33,911 nt of DNA from Candidatus Marsarchaeota archaeon (GTDB taxonomy: Archaea > Micrarchaeota > Micrarchaeia > Micrarchaeales > CABMGC01), in NCBI GenBank assembly GCA_023379075.1, contig JAMCSO010000041.1, positions 1-33,911 on the forward strand, read 5' to 3'. This document shows positions 17,962 through 25,938 of the stretch, piece after piece. Each line of letters begins with the position of its first letter. Within the stretch, counting starts at the first letter, position 1. Under the pieces are notes generated by a model. It ran no database searches. It was not told the DNA's origin and saw only the letters and a list, made by a program, of their open reading frames with translations. The position numbers and the translations under genes are program-made.

Positions 17962-18306
17962 ATGGAAATAGCAGTGATAATTGGTGTCGCACTTAACAAC
18001 GTTGTTAACGGCCTCGTTACCAACATAATCACTCCGCTTATAGGAATACCAGGACACGTAGACTTCTCTAGCATGAAATTTGTCATTAACGGAAGTACCT
18101 TTATGTATGGAAACTTCATCAACGCTGTGATAAACTTCGCTGTAGTGTCTCTTGTTGTTTTCTTCGTTATAATCAAGCCCATGTCGAAGCTTCAGAAGAA
18201 GAGGGCAGATGAAAAGCCTGTTACAAAAAACTGTCCAGAATGTCTCTCGGCAATACCTGTAAACGCAAGAAGGTGCGCCTACTGCACATCTCTCCTTGAA
18301 AAATAG
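17962..18306 (+). CDS. mscL: Large-conductance mechanosensitive channel MscL (N-terminus in another frame, C-terminal zinc ribbon)
   Basis: (GNALD)MEIAVIIGVALNNVVNGLVTNIITPLIG...YGNFINAVINFAVVSLVVFFVI matches the MscL TM1-loop-TM2 pattern. The expected N-terminus MSIIEDFKAFSTK is encoded from ATG 17909 in the +1-offset frame. See the findings. Confidence 0.8.
   Translation: MEIAVIIGVALNNVVNGLVTNIITPLIGIPGHVDFSSMKFVINGSTFMYGNFINAVINFAVVSLVVFFVIIKPMSKLQKKRADEKPVTKNCPECLSAIPVNARRCAYCTSLLEK
18299..18303 (-). terminator. Oligo-T tract just downstream of tRNA-Ala
   Basis: The minus strand reads ...AGAGTCCACACCTATTTTTC. A T5 run starts 7 nt after the discriminator base, consistent with archaeal oligo-T termination. 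Confidence 0.3.
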
Positions 18307-18309
18307 GTG

Positions 18310-18415
18310 TGGACTCTGCGGGATTCTCGAGCCTTTGCAGCAAAGCCACAAAGCTTATTCGAACCCGCGGCTTCCTGCATGCCATGCAGGCGCGCTACCA
18401 CTGCGCCAAGAGCCC
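18310..18415 (-). tRNA. tRNA-Ala (anticodon GGC) with a 34-nt intron in the T-loop
   Basis: Reverse complement: GGGCTCT TG GCGC AGTGGTA GCGC G CCTGC ATGGCAT GCAGG AAGCC GCGGG TTCGAAT [AAGCTTTGTGGCTTTGCTGCAAAGGCTCGAGAAT] CCCGC AGAGTCC A. All four stems pair perfectly and G3:U70 is present. 72 nt after intron removal. CCA is not encoded. Confidence 0.85.
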
Positions 18416-18471
18416 ACGAGTAGATATCTGCAGATAAGAATTTATATTGTGCAGCAGAATGGCATTGGGGA

Positions 18472-18696
18472 TTATGCTGGCGAGATAAATAGTATATTGC
18501 CCCCTCTTAAAAGGATTGTGCCTAATTTCGTCTTAAGATCTCCATCATCAAGTTCCTCTGCGCTGTCAAGAACTATGTTCATGTGAGCATCGAAGGAAGT
18601 CACTTTTCCTCTTATGTCAGTACCGTTTTTCAACCTGATCAGGACCTGTTGGCCTATTGCCTTGTTAAGTAAATCGAAAGGCCTCTCTTGTGTCAT
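18472..18696 (-). CDS. Sm-like (LSm/SmAP) RNA-binding protein
   Basis: 74 aa with Sm1 (VLIRLKNGTDIRGKVTSFDAHMNIVL) and Sm2 (LGTILLRGGNILFI) motifs. GGTGA Shine-Dalgarno 4 nt upstream. Confidence 0.85.
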   Translation of the reverse strand: MTQERPFDLLNKAIGQQVLIRLKNGTDIRGKVTSFDAHMNIVLDSAEELDDGDLKTKLGTILLRGGNILFISPA

Positions 18697-18747
18697 CTCT
18701 TCACCAATTAAACCTAAAAGTTAATATTTGAATAAGTCTTAAAACGT

Positions 18748-19788
18748 TTATTTATTTTTCTTTACCTTTGAAGTATCCCCACTCTTCATTGCGAGTTTCA
18801 CTGACCCTGTTCCAAGGGGAATGAGTTTCCCGACAAGAATGTTCTCAGTAACCCCGCTCATCGGATCTATCTCGCCGAAGGCAGCAGCGTTTATCAGGTG
18901 CTTGACGGTCTCTTCATAAGCAGCTCGTGCCAGTACCGAATTCTTCTGTCCTGAGAGGCCATGCCTGCCTATACCTTTTATCGTGCCGCTTGACGTCATC
19001 GCATCGGCTATGAGCAGAAGATGCCTATGGTCTACTGTTATAGACTGCTCAGATAGAGTATGCATCAATTCCTTTGCAAGAGTATATCTTGCGGATTCTA
19101 TTCCAAATTGCTTGTGCATGGCAAATACGTCGTTAGTGTATAGCCTGTATTTGTCAACTCCTGGCACATCCATTATTGCGCTAAGATTATTCCCTGTAGC
19201 TATTATGAAGTATTCTCCAGTCTTTTTATCCTGCTGTATTATTGCTTTCCCAACCCCTTCTATTCCGCTTATCACTGACCTCATTATCCTTACTCCAGTG
19301 TTCCTTATTATTTTCATGTTTGTTGTCTGAAGTCTGACTGTGACTGCGTCTTCCTCGGCTTCGGCCTCGACTTCGAAGAGTTTCTCGATCTTTGAGGCGA
19401 TCTGCTTTGAGGTTAGACCAGCGGCTTCGAGTTCCTGGCTGTTCAGGAAAAATTTGATGCGCTTCTTAGGAAAGTTCTCGACGAACCTCCTCACTATGTT
19501 CTGCATCTTTACCTCGTTTATCTTCTTGGCTATAGCTTCCACTTTCTCGAAATCTTTTTTAGCCCCGTCTTCGATGTAAACATAAGTTATTGGAGTTGTA
19601 GGCCTTTTTTTGGCATCGACAAGCTCCGCAAGCCTTGGAAGCCCAGAGGTAGTGACTGTTGCCTCTATTCCTGCAAAGTGGAAGAGCCTCAGAATCATCT
19701 GCGTTCCCGGTTCACCCACAGATTGGGCCGCGATCATTCCAACAGGTTCTCCATATTGGACATTATAATTATTTGATTTTTTTGCCAT
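18748..19788 (-). CDS. rpoA2: DNA-directed RNA polymerase subunit A''
   Basis: MAKKSNNYNVQYGEPVGMIAAQSVGEPGTQM... Starts at ATG 19788, 4 nt after the rpoA' stop. The ORF track extends to 19824. Confidence 0.9.
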   Translation of the reverse strand: MAKKSNNYNVQYGEPVGMIAAQSVGEPGTQMILRLFHFAGIEATVTTSGLPRLAELVDAKKRPTTPITYVYIEDGAKKDFEKVEAIAKKINEVKMQNIVRRFVENFPKKRIKFFLNSQELEAAGLTSKQIASKIEKLFEVEAEAEEDAVTVRLQTTNMKIIRNTGVRIMRSVISGIEGVGKAIIQQDKKTGEYFIIATGNNLSAIMDVPGVDKYRLYTNDVFAMHKQFGIESARYTLAKELMHTLSEQSITVDHRHLLLIADAMTSSGTIKGIGRHGLSGQKNSVLARAAYEETVKHLINAAAFGEIDPMSGVTENILVGKLIPLGTGSVKLAMKSGDTSKVKKNK

Positions 19789-19792
19789 TTTA

Positions 19793-22216
19793 TCACTCGC
19801 TCTCTTTCTCTTCCAACTCAGCAAACTGGGAGCTTACAGGATTTATAAGGTCTCCGCCATAAACAGTCTGGATCAGGTTGTTGTTCGCATCCCTTACGCT
19901 CTCGTCAGATGTTACATAAAAGTCCTGAAGTGCATTTGATAGTCTTCTGTAAAGATAACCGCTTCTTGTAATCAGGAGATATTTGTACACCTCAGAGACC
20001 CTCGAACCGACGCCGTGCATGAATAGATCTATTGGAGATAACCCCATGTAAAAGTTCGTTGTTACGAATCCATGTGCTGTAGGCCCTATATCATTTGGAG
20101 CTATGTGCGGGAGCACTCTTCCAGTATAGTATCCTCTCTTTATCCTGCCTCCGCTTAGCGTTGCCTGCTGTCCGAGGAACATAGTCATCTGCTCAAGGTT
20201 TAGCATGTTTCCTCTTGATCCTGCGAATGTCATCTGCATGGCACTGTTTGTAGGATCCTCGTTCTTTGAAAGAGAGACTTCTGCCTTGCTTCTTGCAACA
20301 TTGAGCTCTGCGATGATCATCCTCTCCAATGAGTCACGCATCGTATATCCAAGAAGGGGTTCAAGCTTCTTGTTCTTGTACTGGTCCACCATTGATGAAG
20401 CATTATTGAGTGTCTCCTGTATTATCCTTTCCCTGTCTTCCTGCAGCTTTGAATTTGGCGCATATTCCTTGACTCCCACTGTGACTCCTGCAAGAGTGAC
20501 ATATGCATCGGCAACCTTTGATGAGACGAATATGAAGGTCTTCAAGACATCTTCACCGTAATCCATGGCTATCTTGACAAAGAGCCTGTTTCCGCCGCCA
20601 TATGTGGCTTTGGTAACAACCCCTTTCTGAAGGATTCCGTTCTTTATAACAAAGTCGCCTCTCTTTGTCTTCTCCTCGAAGTTCAGCCCTTTTGGAAGAA
20701 GCAGTGAGAAGACATCTTTTCCCTTGTATTTTCCATTCTTATCTGGCTTTGGTAATTCGTATATGCCAGCTATGCCAAGCAGATATGCTGCCTCGTCTTT
20801 TGTAAGGTATGTGTCGTCTTTTGTAAGGAAGTACATCCCAGTGATTCCGTCCTCAGAATTCGTTATTATCGCGTCACCGTCTCTTGGCGAGAATATATGA
20901 TGCTTTACTTCCATCAGGTAGAAAGCCTCTGCCTGGGCTTCGAGGCTTTGGGGAACGTGTAGGTTCATCTCGTCTCCGTCGAAGTCTGCGTTGTAAGGCT
21001 TTGTAACACAGAAATTAATCCTGAAGGTTTTATCTGGAAGAACCTTAACCCTGTGAGCTAGTATTGATAGCCTGTGAAGTGATGGCTGTCTGTTGAATAG
21101 CACTATGTCTCCGTCCATCAGTTGCCTCTCCAATATGTGACCAGGCTGGACCTCTTTGAGAAGGTCTTCCCTGTTGATATCGAGAACCCTCTTCCTCTTT
21201 CCATCTTTTGATACTATATTAAGTATTGTAGGGTACTCTGTCCTTGAAAGGAGCTCCTTTGCCTTCTCTATATTCCAATTCGTAACATAGAACGGAACTG
21301 TGAGCTTTGATGCAATCTCCAAAGGCACTCCAACTTCATCTACATTTATGTAAGGGTCTACACTTATAACCGTTCTTGCAGAATAATTGACCCTCTTTCC
21401 GCTCAGGTTGTATCTGAATCTTCCTTCCTTGCCCTTTAGCCTTTGGGCCAGTGTCTTAAGTGATCGGCCGCTCCTGTGCCTTGCCGGAGGAATTCCTGAT
21501 GTCTCGTTGTTGAAATAGGAAGTTACGTGATACTGCAGAAGTTCCCAGAGATCATCTATTATTATCTGGGGAGCTCCAGCATTTATGTTCTGATCAAGCC
21601 TCTGGTTTATTCGTATTATGTCTACAAGCTTGTGCGTTAGATCATCTTCGCTCCTCTCTCCAGATTCAAGAGTTATCGATGGCCTGACGTTGACTGGAGG
21701 CACGAGCAGAAGGCTTAGCACCAGCCATGAGGGCTTGCTTGCTTCGGGATCTATCCCCAGAATTCTCAGATCGCTATCGTCTATCTTCTCAAGCATGTCC
21801 CGGATCTCGTCCGGCCTTAGCCTTCTCTCGTCTATATAGAAATATGTGGGAGATGAGAATCTGAGCTTTCCTTGGGCCTCGCCGCAATGCGGACATTTCT
21901 TCAGGTTCTTGAGCTTCTTTATTGATGATGTTTGCTCCTCTGACTGCTCATCATGGATATGCCCTGAATCAAATCCTTCCTCCAAGATCTCCCTGTTCTT
22001 TGCTTTGAATATCTCAATCTGTTCGTCATTGAGAAGTATCCTTCCGCAGCGCTTGCATGTTGTCTGGAGAAGCATGTATATTATCTTTGAGAATTCGGAG
22101 TGTATTACTGGCCTGACAAGCTCGATGTGCCCGAAGTGTCCAGGGCAGGTCTTTGCCCTAGCCCCGCAGGTCTTACATATCAATCCTGGATCTATAACTC
22201 CAAGGCGCTGGTCCAA
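19793..22216 (-). CDS. rpoA1: DNA-directed RNA polymerase subunit A' (main part, downstream of an in-frame TAG)
   Basis: RLGVIDPGLICKTCG...CPGHFGHIEL zinc motif, RLKGKEGRFRYNLSGKRVNYSARTVI, and the NADFDGDEMN catalytic motif. The first codon is TTG 22216, two codons after TAG 22220-22222. Confidence 0.9.
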   Translation of the reverse strand: MDQRLGVIDPGLICKTCGARAKTCPGHFGHIELVRPVIHSEFSKIIYMLLQTTCKRCGRILLNDEQIEIFKAKNREILEEGFDSGHIHDEQSEEQTSSIKKLKNLKKCPHCGEAQGKLRFSSPTYFYIDERRLRPDEIRDMLEKIDDSDLRILGIDPEASKPSWLVLSLLLVPPVNVRPSITLESGERSEDDLTHKLVDIIRINQRLDQNINAGAPQIIIDDLWELLQYHVTSYFNNETSGIPPARHRSGRSLKTLAQRLKGKEGRFRYNLSGKRVNYSARTVISVDPYINVDEVGVPLEIASKLTVPFYVTNWNIEKAKELLSRTEYPTILNIVSKDGKRKRVLDINREDLLKEVQPGHILERQLMDGDIVLFNRQPSLHRLSILAHRVKVLPDKTFRINFCVTKPYNADFDGDEMNLHVPQSLEAQAEAFYLMEVKHHIFSPRDGDAIITNSEDGITGMYFLTKDDTYLTKDEAAYLLGIAGIYELPKPDKNGKYKGKDVFSLLLPKGLNFEEKTKRGDFVIKNGILQKGVVTKATYGGGNRLFVKIAMDYGEDVLKTFIFVSSKVADAYVTLAGVTVGVKEYAPNSKLQEDRERIIQETLNNASSMVDQYKNKKLEPLLGYTMRDSLERMIIAELNVARSKAEVSLSKNEDPTNSAMQMTFAGSRGNMLNLEQMTMFLGQQATLSGGRIKRGYYTGRVLPHIAPNDIGPTAHGFVTTNFYMGLSPIDLFMHGVGSRVSEVYKYLLITRSGYLYRRLSNALQDFYVTSDESVRDANNNLIQTVYGGDLINPVSSQFAELEEKESE
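21416..21451. repeat. Arm B of an intragenic inverted repeat (native rpoA' codons LAQRLKGKEGRF)
   Basis: Forward strand GAATCTTCCTTCCTTGCCCTTTAGCCTTTGGGCCAG. Its reverse complement matches 22208..22243 at 34/36 positions, with a perfect 28-nt core at 21419..21446. Confidence 0.9.
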
Positions 22217-22243
22217 AGGCTAAAGGGCAAGGAAGGAAGAATC
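22208..22243. repeat. Arm A of the intragenic inverted repeat (antisense copy placed in the rpoA' N-terminal coding region)
   Basis: Forward strand CTGGTCCAAAGGCTAAAGGGCAAGGAAGGAAGAATC. The perfect core 22213..22240 equals the reverse complement of 21419..21446. The forward-strand translation reads LVQRLKGKEGRI. Confidence 0.9.
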
Positions 22244-22348
22244 CTCATTGTAGGTGTCAGGTATGTTGAGCTTCACAACGCTTAGCTTCTTTATTTGCTC
22301 TGGGGCAATTGTTCCAAATTTTATATCATTTATTATTTCAGCTTGCAT
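22220..22348 (-). CDS. rpoA1: N-terminal 42-codon fragment of RNA polymerase subunit A', ending at an in-frame TAG
   Basis: ATG 22348: MQAEIINDIKFGTIAPEQIKKLSVVKLNIPDTYNEDSSFLAL then TAG. The first ~35 residues match the conserved RpoA' N-terminus. It is in the same frame as 19793..22216. Confidence 0.7.
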   Translation of the reverse strand: MQAEIINDIKFGTIAPEQIKKLSVVKLNIPDTYNEDSSFLAL

Positions 22349-22357
22349 AAATACCAC

Positions 22358-24196
22358 CTACTCTTTCAACCTTACCCTTGGAAGTATGTGCAGGGACTTG
22401 ATCTCGTCAAGCAGAACCTTGAATGCGTAGCTTAGCTCGACTCCGACAAGATCGCCATTCGTGCATATAGGACAGACTGGCATCCTCTTTATGTAGTCGT
22501 AGTAGCCCATGCTTCCGCAGGACTTGCATATTAGCACCTCGGTCTTATCGCTCTGATCCAGGAGACGCTCCTTAAGGAGAAGCGTTGCTCCATGGCCTAT
22601 GAGCGCATCCCTTTCCATTTCTCCGAATCTGAGGGCACCCTGCCTGGCCTTGCCTTCAGTAGGCTGGTGTGTTAATATCTGAACCTTTCCTCTCCCTCTA
22701 ACCTGCATCTTATTGCTTACCATGTGATATAATCTATTGTAATAAACAACGCCAGTGAATATCTTTGCCTTGAACTCCCTGCCAGTTATTCCGTCGTATA
22801 ATGTCTCGTCTCCGAACTCATCAAATCCATATCCCTTAAGCACATCTCCATACTCTTTCATTCTTGCCTTGCCTTCCATTATGAAGCCTGTGCCGTCGAT
22901 CTTCTTACCGTTAAGTGATCCTGCTTTGCCTGCAAGCATCTCCAGCAGATGTCCGAATGTAAGTCTTGTAGGTATGCTATGTGGATTTAGAAGAAGGTCT
23001 GGAACTATTCCACTCTCTGTGAAAGGCATATCTGCCTGATTTGCTATAAGCGCAACTACTCCTTTCTGCCCGTGCCTGCTGGCAAACTTGTCCCCTTTCT
23101 CAGGAACCCTTAAACTCCTTACACGGATCTTTACAATCCTTGTCGCTCCTGTGGACTCGGTTACTATTACGCTATCAACTACCCCTTCCTCTCCTGTCTT
23201 AAGCATTGTGGAATCTTCCCTTGTCTTCTCTTCAAGGCCTCCTGCGCCTATATTCTCTTCCAGGAATCTTGGAGGAGCGACCTTTCCTATCAGCACATCG
23301 CCTTCCTTTACTTCCATCTCTGGCTCTATGATCCCATCCTCGCTGAGTTTTGAATAGACATGCTCACCCATATATCCTTCGGCTGTTGGTGGAGGTATCC
23401 TGAATTTGTCCTTTTGCCCCCCAGGATATCTTCTCTCCTCATCGGAATAGGATTTGTAGAACATGCTTCTTCCCATGCCCCTGTCGACTGATGCCTTGTT
23501 TATGACAACCGCATCTGACATGTTATATCCATAATACGTTGACAATGCGACTACTAAATTCTGGCCGCTTGGGTGGGATTTGATCTCTGCTGCCCTGTAC
23601 GCAGAGGTTGAGACTATTGGAACCTGCGGATAGTAAAGTATGTAAGATCTTGAATCGAATCTAATGTTAAAGTTGGATGAATATAGCCCCTCAGATTGCT
23701 TTATGAAGTTTGCAAGCATTGTGTGCCTTGCAAGGCTGTTGTGCTCTGGGAAAGGAGACGTACTTACAGTAAAACCGAAGACAGAAACAAGATCCATCTC
23801 TAGATGGGTAACATCCTTTGTTATGTCTTTCTCGCTGAGAGCTATAAGCGCATTCTCTTCCTCTTCTGCATCAAGATATTCTATTATGCCATTCCTTATT
23901 AGATAGGTAAAATTGATTTCCTTGCTCTTTATTCTTGCAAGCATATCCTCTGTTAGTTTTGAGCTTCCGTTCTCAACTATTATGTAAGGCTTCCTTATCC
24001 TTCCACGGTCTGTGTTTATATTGATGGTGTTTAGCTTTTCCATGAAGGCGACATTGACCTCTCCTGAGATCAGACCCTTTCGTCTTGTCTTTCTTACTTC
24101 GTTAACAAACGAGATAGGATCCTCAACGAAGCCGATAACTTTTCCGTTGAGATACACATATGATTTTTCTTGTGCTTTCAAACAATCACCAATCAC
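22358..24196 (-). CDS. rpoB1: DNA-directed RNA polymerase subunit B' (C-terminal half of B)
   Basis: GDKFASRHGQKGV, NPHSIPTRLTFGHLLE, GEMERDALIGHGA and the C-terminal CKSCG...CPIC zinc motif. The GTG start overlaps the rpoB'' TGA (GTGA). TAG stop. Confidence 0.92.
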   Translation of the reverse strand: MIGDCLKAQEKSYVYLNGKVIGFVEDPISFVNEVRKTRRKGLISGEVNVAFMEKLNTININTDRGRIRKPYIIVENGSSKLTEDMLARIKSKEINFTYLIRNGIIEYLDAEEEENALIALSEKDITKDVTHLEMDLVSVFGFTVSTSPFPEHNSLARHTMLANFIKQSEGLYSSNFNIRFDSRSYILYYPQVPIVSTSAYRAAEIKSHPSGQNLVVALSTYYGYNMSDAVVINKASVDRGMGRSMFYKSYSDEERRYPGGQKDKFRIPPPTAEGYMGEHVYSKLSEDGIIEPEMEVKEGDVLIGKVAPPRFLEENIGAGGLEEKTREDSTMLKTGEEGVVDSVIVTESTGATRIVKIRVRSLRVPEKGDKFASRHGQKGVVALIANQADMPFTESGIVPDLLLNPHSIPTRLTFGHLLEMLAGKAGSLNGKKIDGTGFIMEGKARMKEYGDVLKGYGFDEFGDETLYDGITGREFKAKIFTGVVYYNRLYHMVSNKMQVRGRGKVQILTHQPTEGKARQGALRFGEMERDALIGHGATLLLKERLLDQSDKTEVLICKSCGSMGYYDYIKRMPVCPICTNGDLVGVELSYAFKVLLDEIKSLHILPRVRLKE

Positions 24197-25662
24197 GCTT
24201 CTTTTATGCTGTATATTTTTTTGAGCTCGTCAGCAGTGAGCTTCTCGTCAGCTCCTACGCTGACCTTTGCCATTACCGCAAGATACTTTGTGAGTCCGAC
24301 CTCCTGTCCTTCAGGAGTCTCTGATGGACAGATCTTACCCCACTGAGTCCCATGAACGTCTCTGGCCTTGAAGTGAGGATGCTTCTTTGCCAATGGAGAT
24401 TTTACCCTCCTGAGATGAGTATAAGTACTTATCAAGTTTGTTCTCTCGAGAACCTGCGAGACGCCAGTCTGCCCTGCGACCCATGTTCCAGTCCCCATTG
24501 CATAGGCCATCTTCTCTGTGAGCGTGTCTGGGCTTATTATTGACTGTATGCTGAGCCTTCTGCCCCTGGCGCTTGACCTTTCTACCTGGTATTTGACTTC
24601 CTTGACGAAGAATCTGAACGCATATGCAAATAAGTCTTCCATCAGCTCTCCGGCAAACTTTACCCTCTTATTTGCGAAATGGTCCTTGTCGTCTTGTTTT
24701 GCCAGCCTGTTAGCTATTATTGTGGATTTCCTTGCCATCTGCATAAGATACTTTGCCTTGGCCAGCCTATCTTCTGGACCATTGCCCATATGTGGCAGTA
24801 GATAGGTATCGAGCTGCATCTCTGCTCTCTTCTGCTGATATTCCTTTGCCTGGGCAGGAGCTGCAAGCTTGCCGACCTCTATGAGCGCCTCGCTCGGAGG
24901 AAGTTCCTTGGCTTCGCTTAGCTCCAGATTTAGAAGTATATCGTTCTTGAAAGCATTGAACTCGCTTGCATATTCTATTATATCTTTTGCCTGGAGACCG
25001 AGAGACCTAAGCATCAGTATCATGTTTATGGGTTTTGAAGTTGTTGGAAAATCAACTTCAAACAATCCATTCTGGTTTCTTGAGACAGCACATTTTGCCC
25101 TGAATCCGGGAGTTGTTGAGAAGACCTGACTCCTAACCTTTGTGCCTTTCTTCTCCCTGGTTGTTATTATCCTATTTGACGCAACATCTTCGAGACCTAT
25201 GAGAACTCTCTCGACTCCTTTTATTATGAAGTATCCTCCGGGATCTTCCGGGTCCTCGCCGTTTTCTACTACCTGACTCTTCGCCATGGTTTTGAGGTGG
25301 CAGAGTGAGCTTCTCACCATTATTGGAAGCTCCCCGACAAAGACCTCTCCGTAAGAGGCTGCTTTCTCAATGCCTCTTATCACAGGCACTACTTCTATGA
25401 ATATCGGTGCAGAATAAGATAAATTTCTCAGGCGCGCCTCATTTGGAGTTATGCTTCGCCTTGAGCTGTCCGCTTCTATTACAGAGGGTTTATCCAGCCT
25501 TACGCTTCCTAGCTTCAGGGCAAAACCCTCGACACCAGGCTCGATTATGTTCTGCGTGCTTACTACTTTCTGCAATCCACCGTCGATAAACCTGTTAAAA
25601 CTCTCAACCTGGTGCTGTACCAAGGAAGCAGGGTTAAGATAAGATTCTAGCAAACCATCCAT
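24193..25662 (-). CDS. rpoB2: DNA-directed RNA polymerase subunit B'' (N-terminal half of B)
   Basis: LVQHQVESFNRFI, RLRNLSYSAPIF, RVKSPLAKKHPHFKARDVHGTQWGKICPSETPEGQEVGL. 489 aa. Confidence 0.92.
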   Translation of the reverse strand: MDGLLESYLNPASLVQHQVESFNRFIDGGLQKVVSTQNIIEPGVEGFALKLGSVRLDKPSVIEADSSRRSITPNEARLRNLSYSAPIFIEVVPVIRGIEKAASYGEVFVGELPIMVRSSLCHLKTMAKSQVVENGEDPEDPGGYFIIKGVERVLIGLEDVASNRIITTREKKGTKVRSQVFSTTPGFRAKCAVSRNQNGLFEVDFPTTSKPINMILMLRSLGLQAKDIIEYASEFNAFKNDILLNLELSEAKELPPSEALIEVGKLAAPAQAKEYQQKRAEMQLDTYLLPHMGNGPEDRLAKAKYLMQMARKSTIIANRLAKQDDKDHFANKRVKFAGELMEDLFAYAFRFFVKEVKYQVERSSARGRRLSIQSIISPDTLTEKMAYAMGTGTWVAGQTGVSQVLERTNLISTYTHLRRVKSPLAKKHPHFKARDVHGTQWGKICPSETPEGQEVGLTKYLAVMAKVSVGADEKLTADELKKIYSIKEA

Positions 25663-25701
25663 ACTATCACAGATACCGCTTAAATATTAGGGCAGAGGCA
25701 C

Positions 25702-25938
25702 TTAGCCCTCTACTACGAGCCTGTAATAAAGATACTCGTTTCCGAAGTCCGTCCTGTGAACTTTTATTATCTGTCCTGGCTTAGCATTCAGCTTTTTCGC
25801 CTGAGGGTCACTCGTGAAAATTTTTGGCAGATTATTCTGCGTTATGTTCATTTTCTCAAAGAGGGACCTAACCTCCTTCTCATCCATGATTTCGTGTACT
25901 GGAACTAATTCGTGGTCGCTCTTCAAAGCTACACCCAA
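25702..25938 (-). CDS. rpoH: DNA-directed RNA polymerase subunit H (Rpo5)
   Basis: HELVPVHEIMDEKEV...LPKI...DPQAKKLNAKPGQIIKVHR...YYRLVV matches RpoH. It is the first gene of the rpoH-B''-B'-A'-A'' operon. Start is TTG (25938 or 25926), uncertain. Confidence 0.85.
   Translation of the reverse strand: MGVALKSDHELVPVHEIMDEKEVRSLFEKMNITQNNLPKIFTSDPQAKKLNAKPGQIIKVHRTDFGNEYLYYRLVVEG

Noticed and set aside
22220-22222. Internal TAG of rpoA' as a recoded sense codon (for example pyrrolysine) or an alternative genetic code
   Set aside because: TAG terminates at least seven other genes in this window at normal-looking C-termini: rpoF, the wHTH gene, lipA, ribL, the KaiC-like gene, mscL and rpoB'. 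The TAG is also explained by the inverted 36-nt segment.
22358-25662. Split rpoB (B'' plus B' with a GTGA overlap) as a novelty
   Set aside because: An rpoB split into B'' and B' in the order rpoH-B''-B'-A'-A'' is the established arrangement in many euryarchaeal lineages, so it is not unusual.
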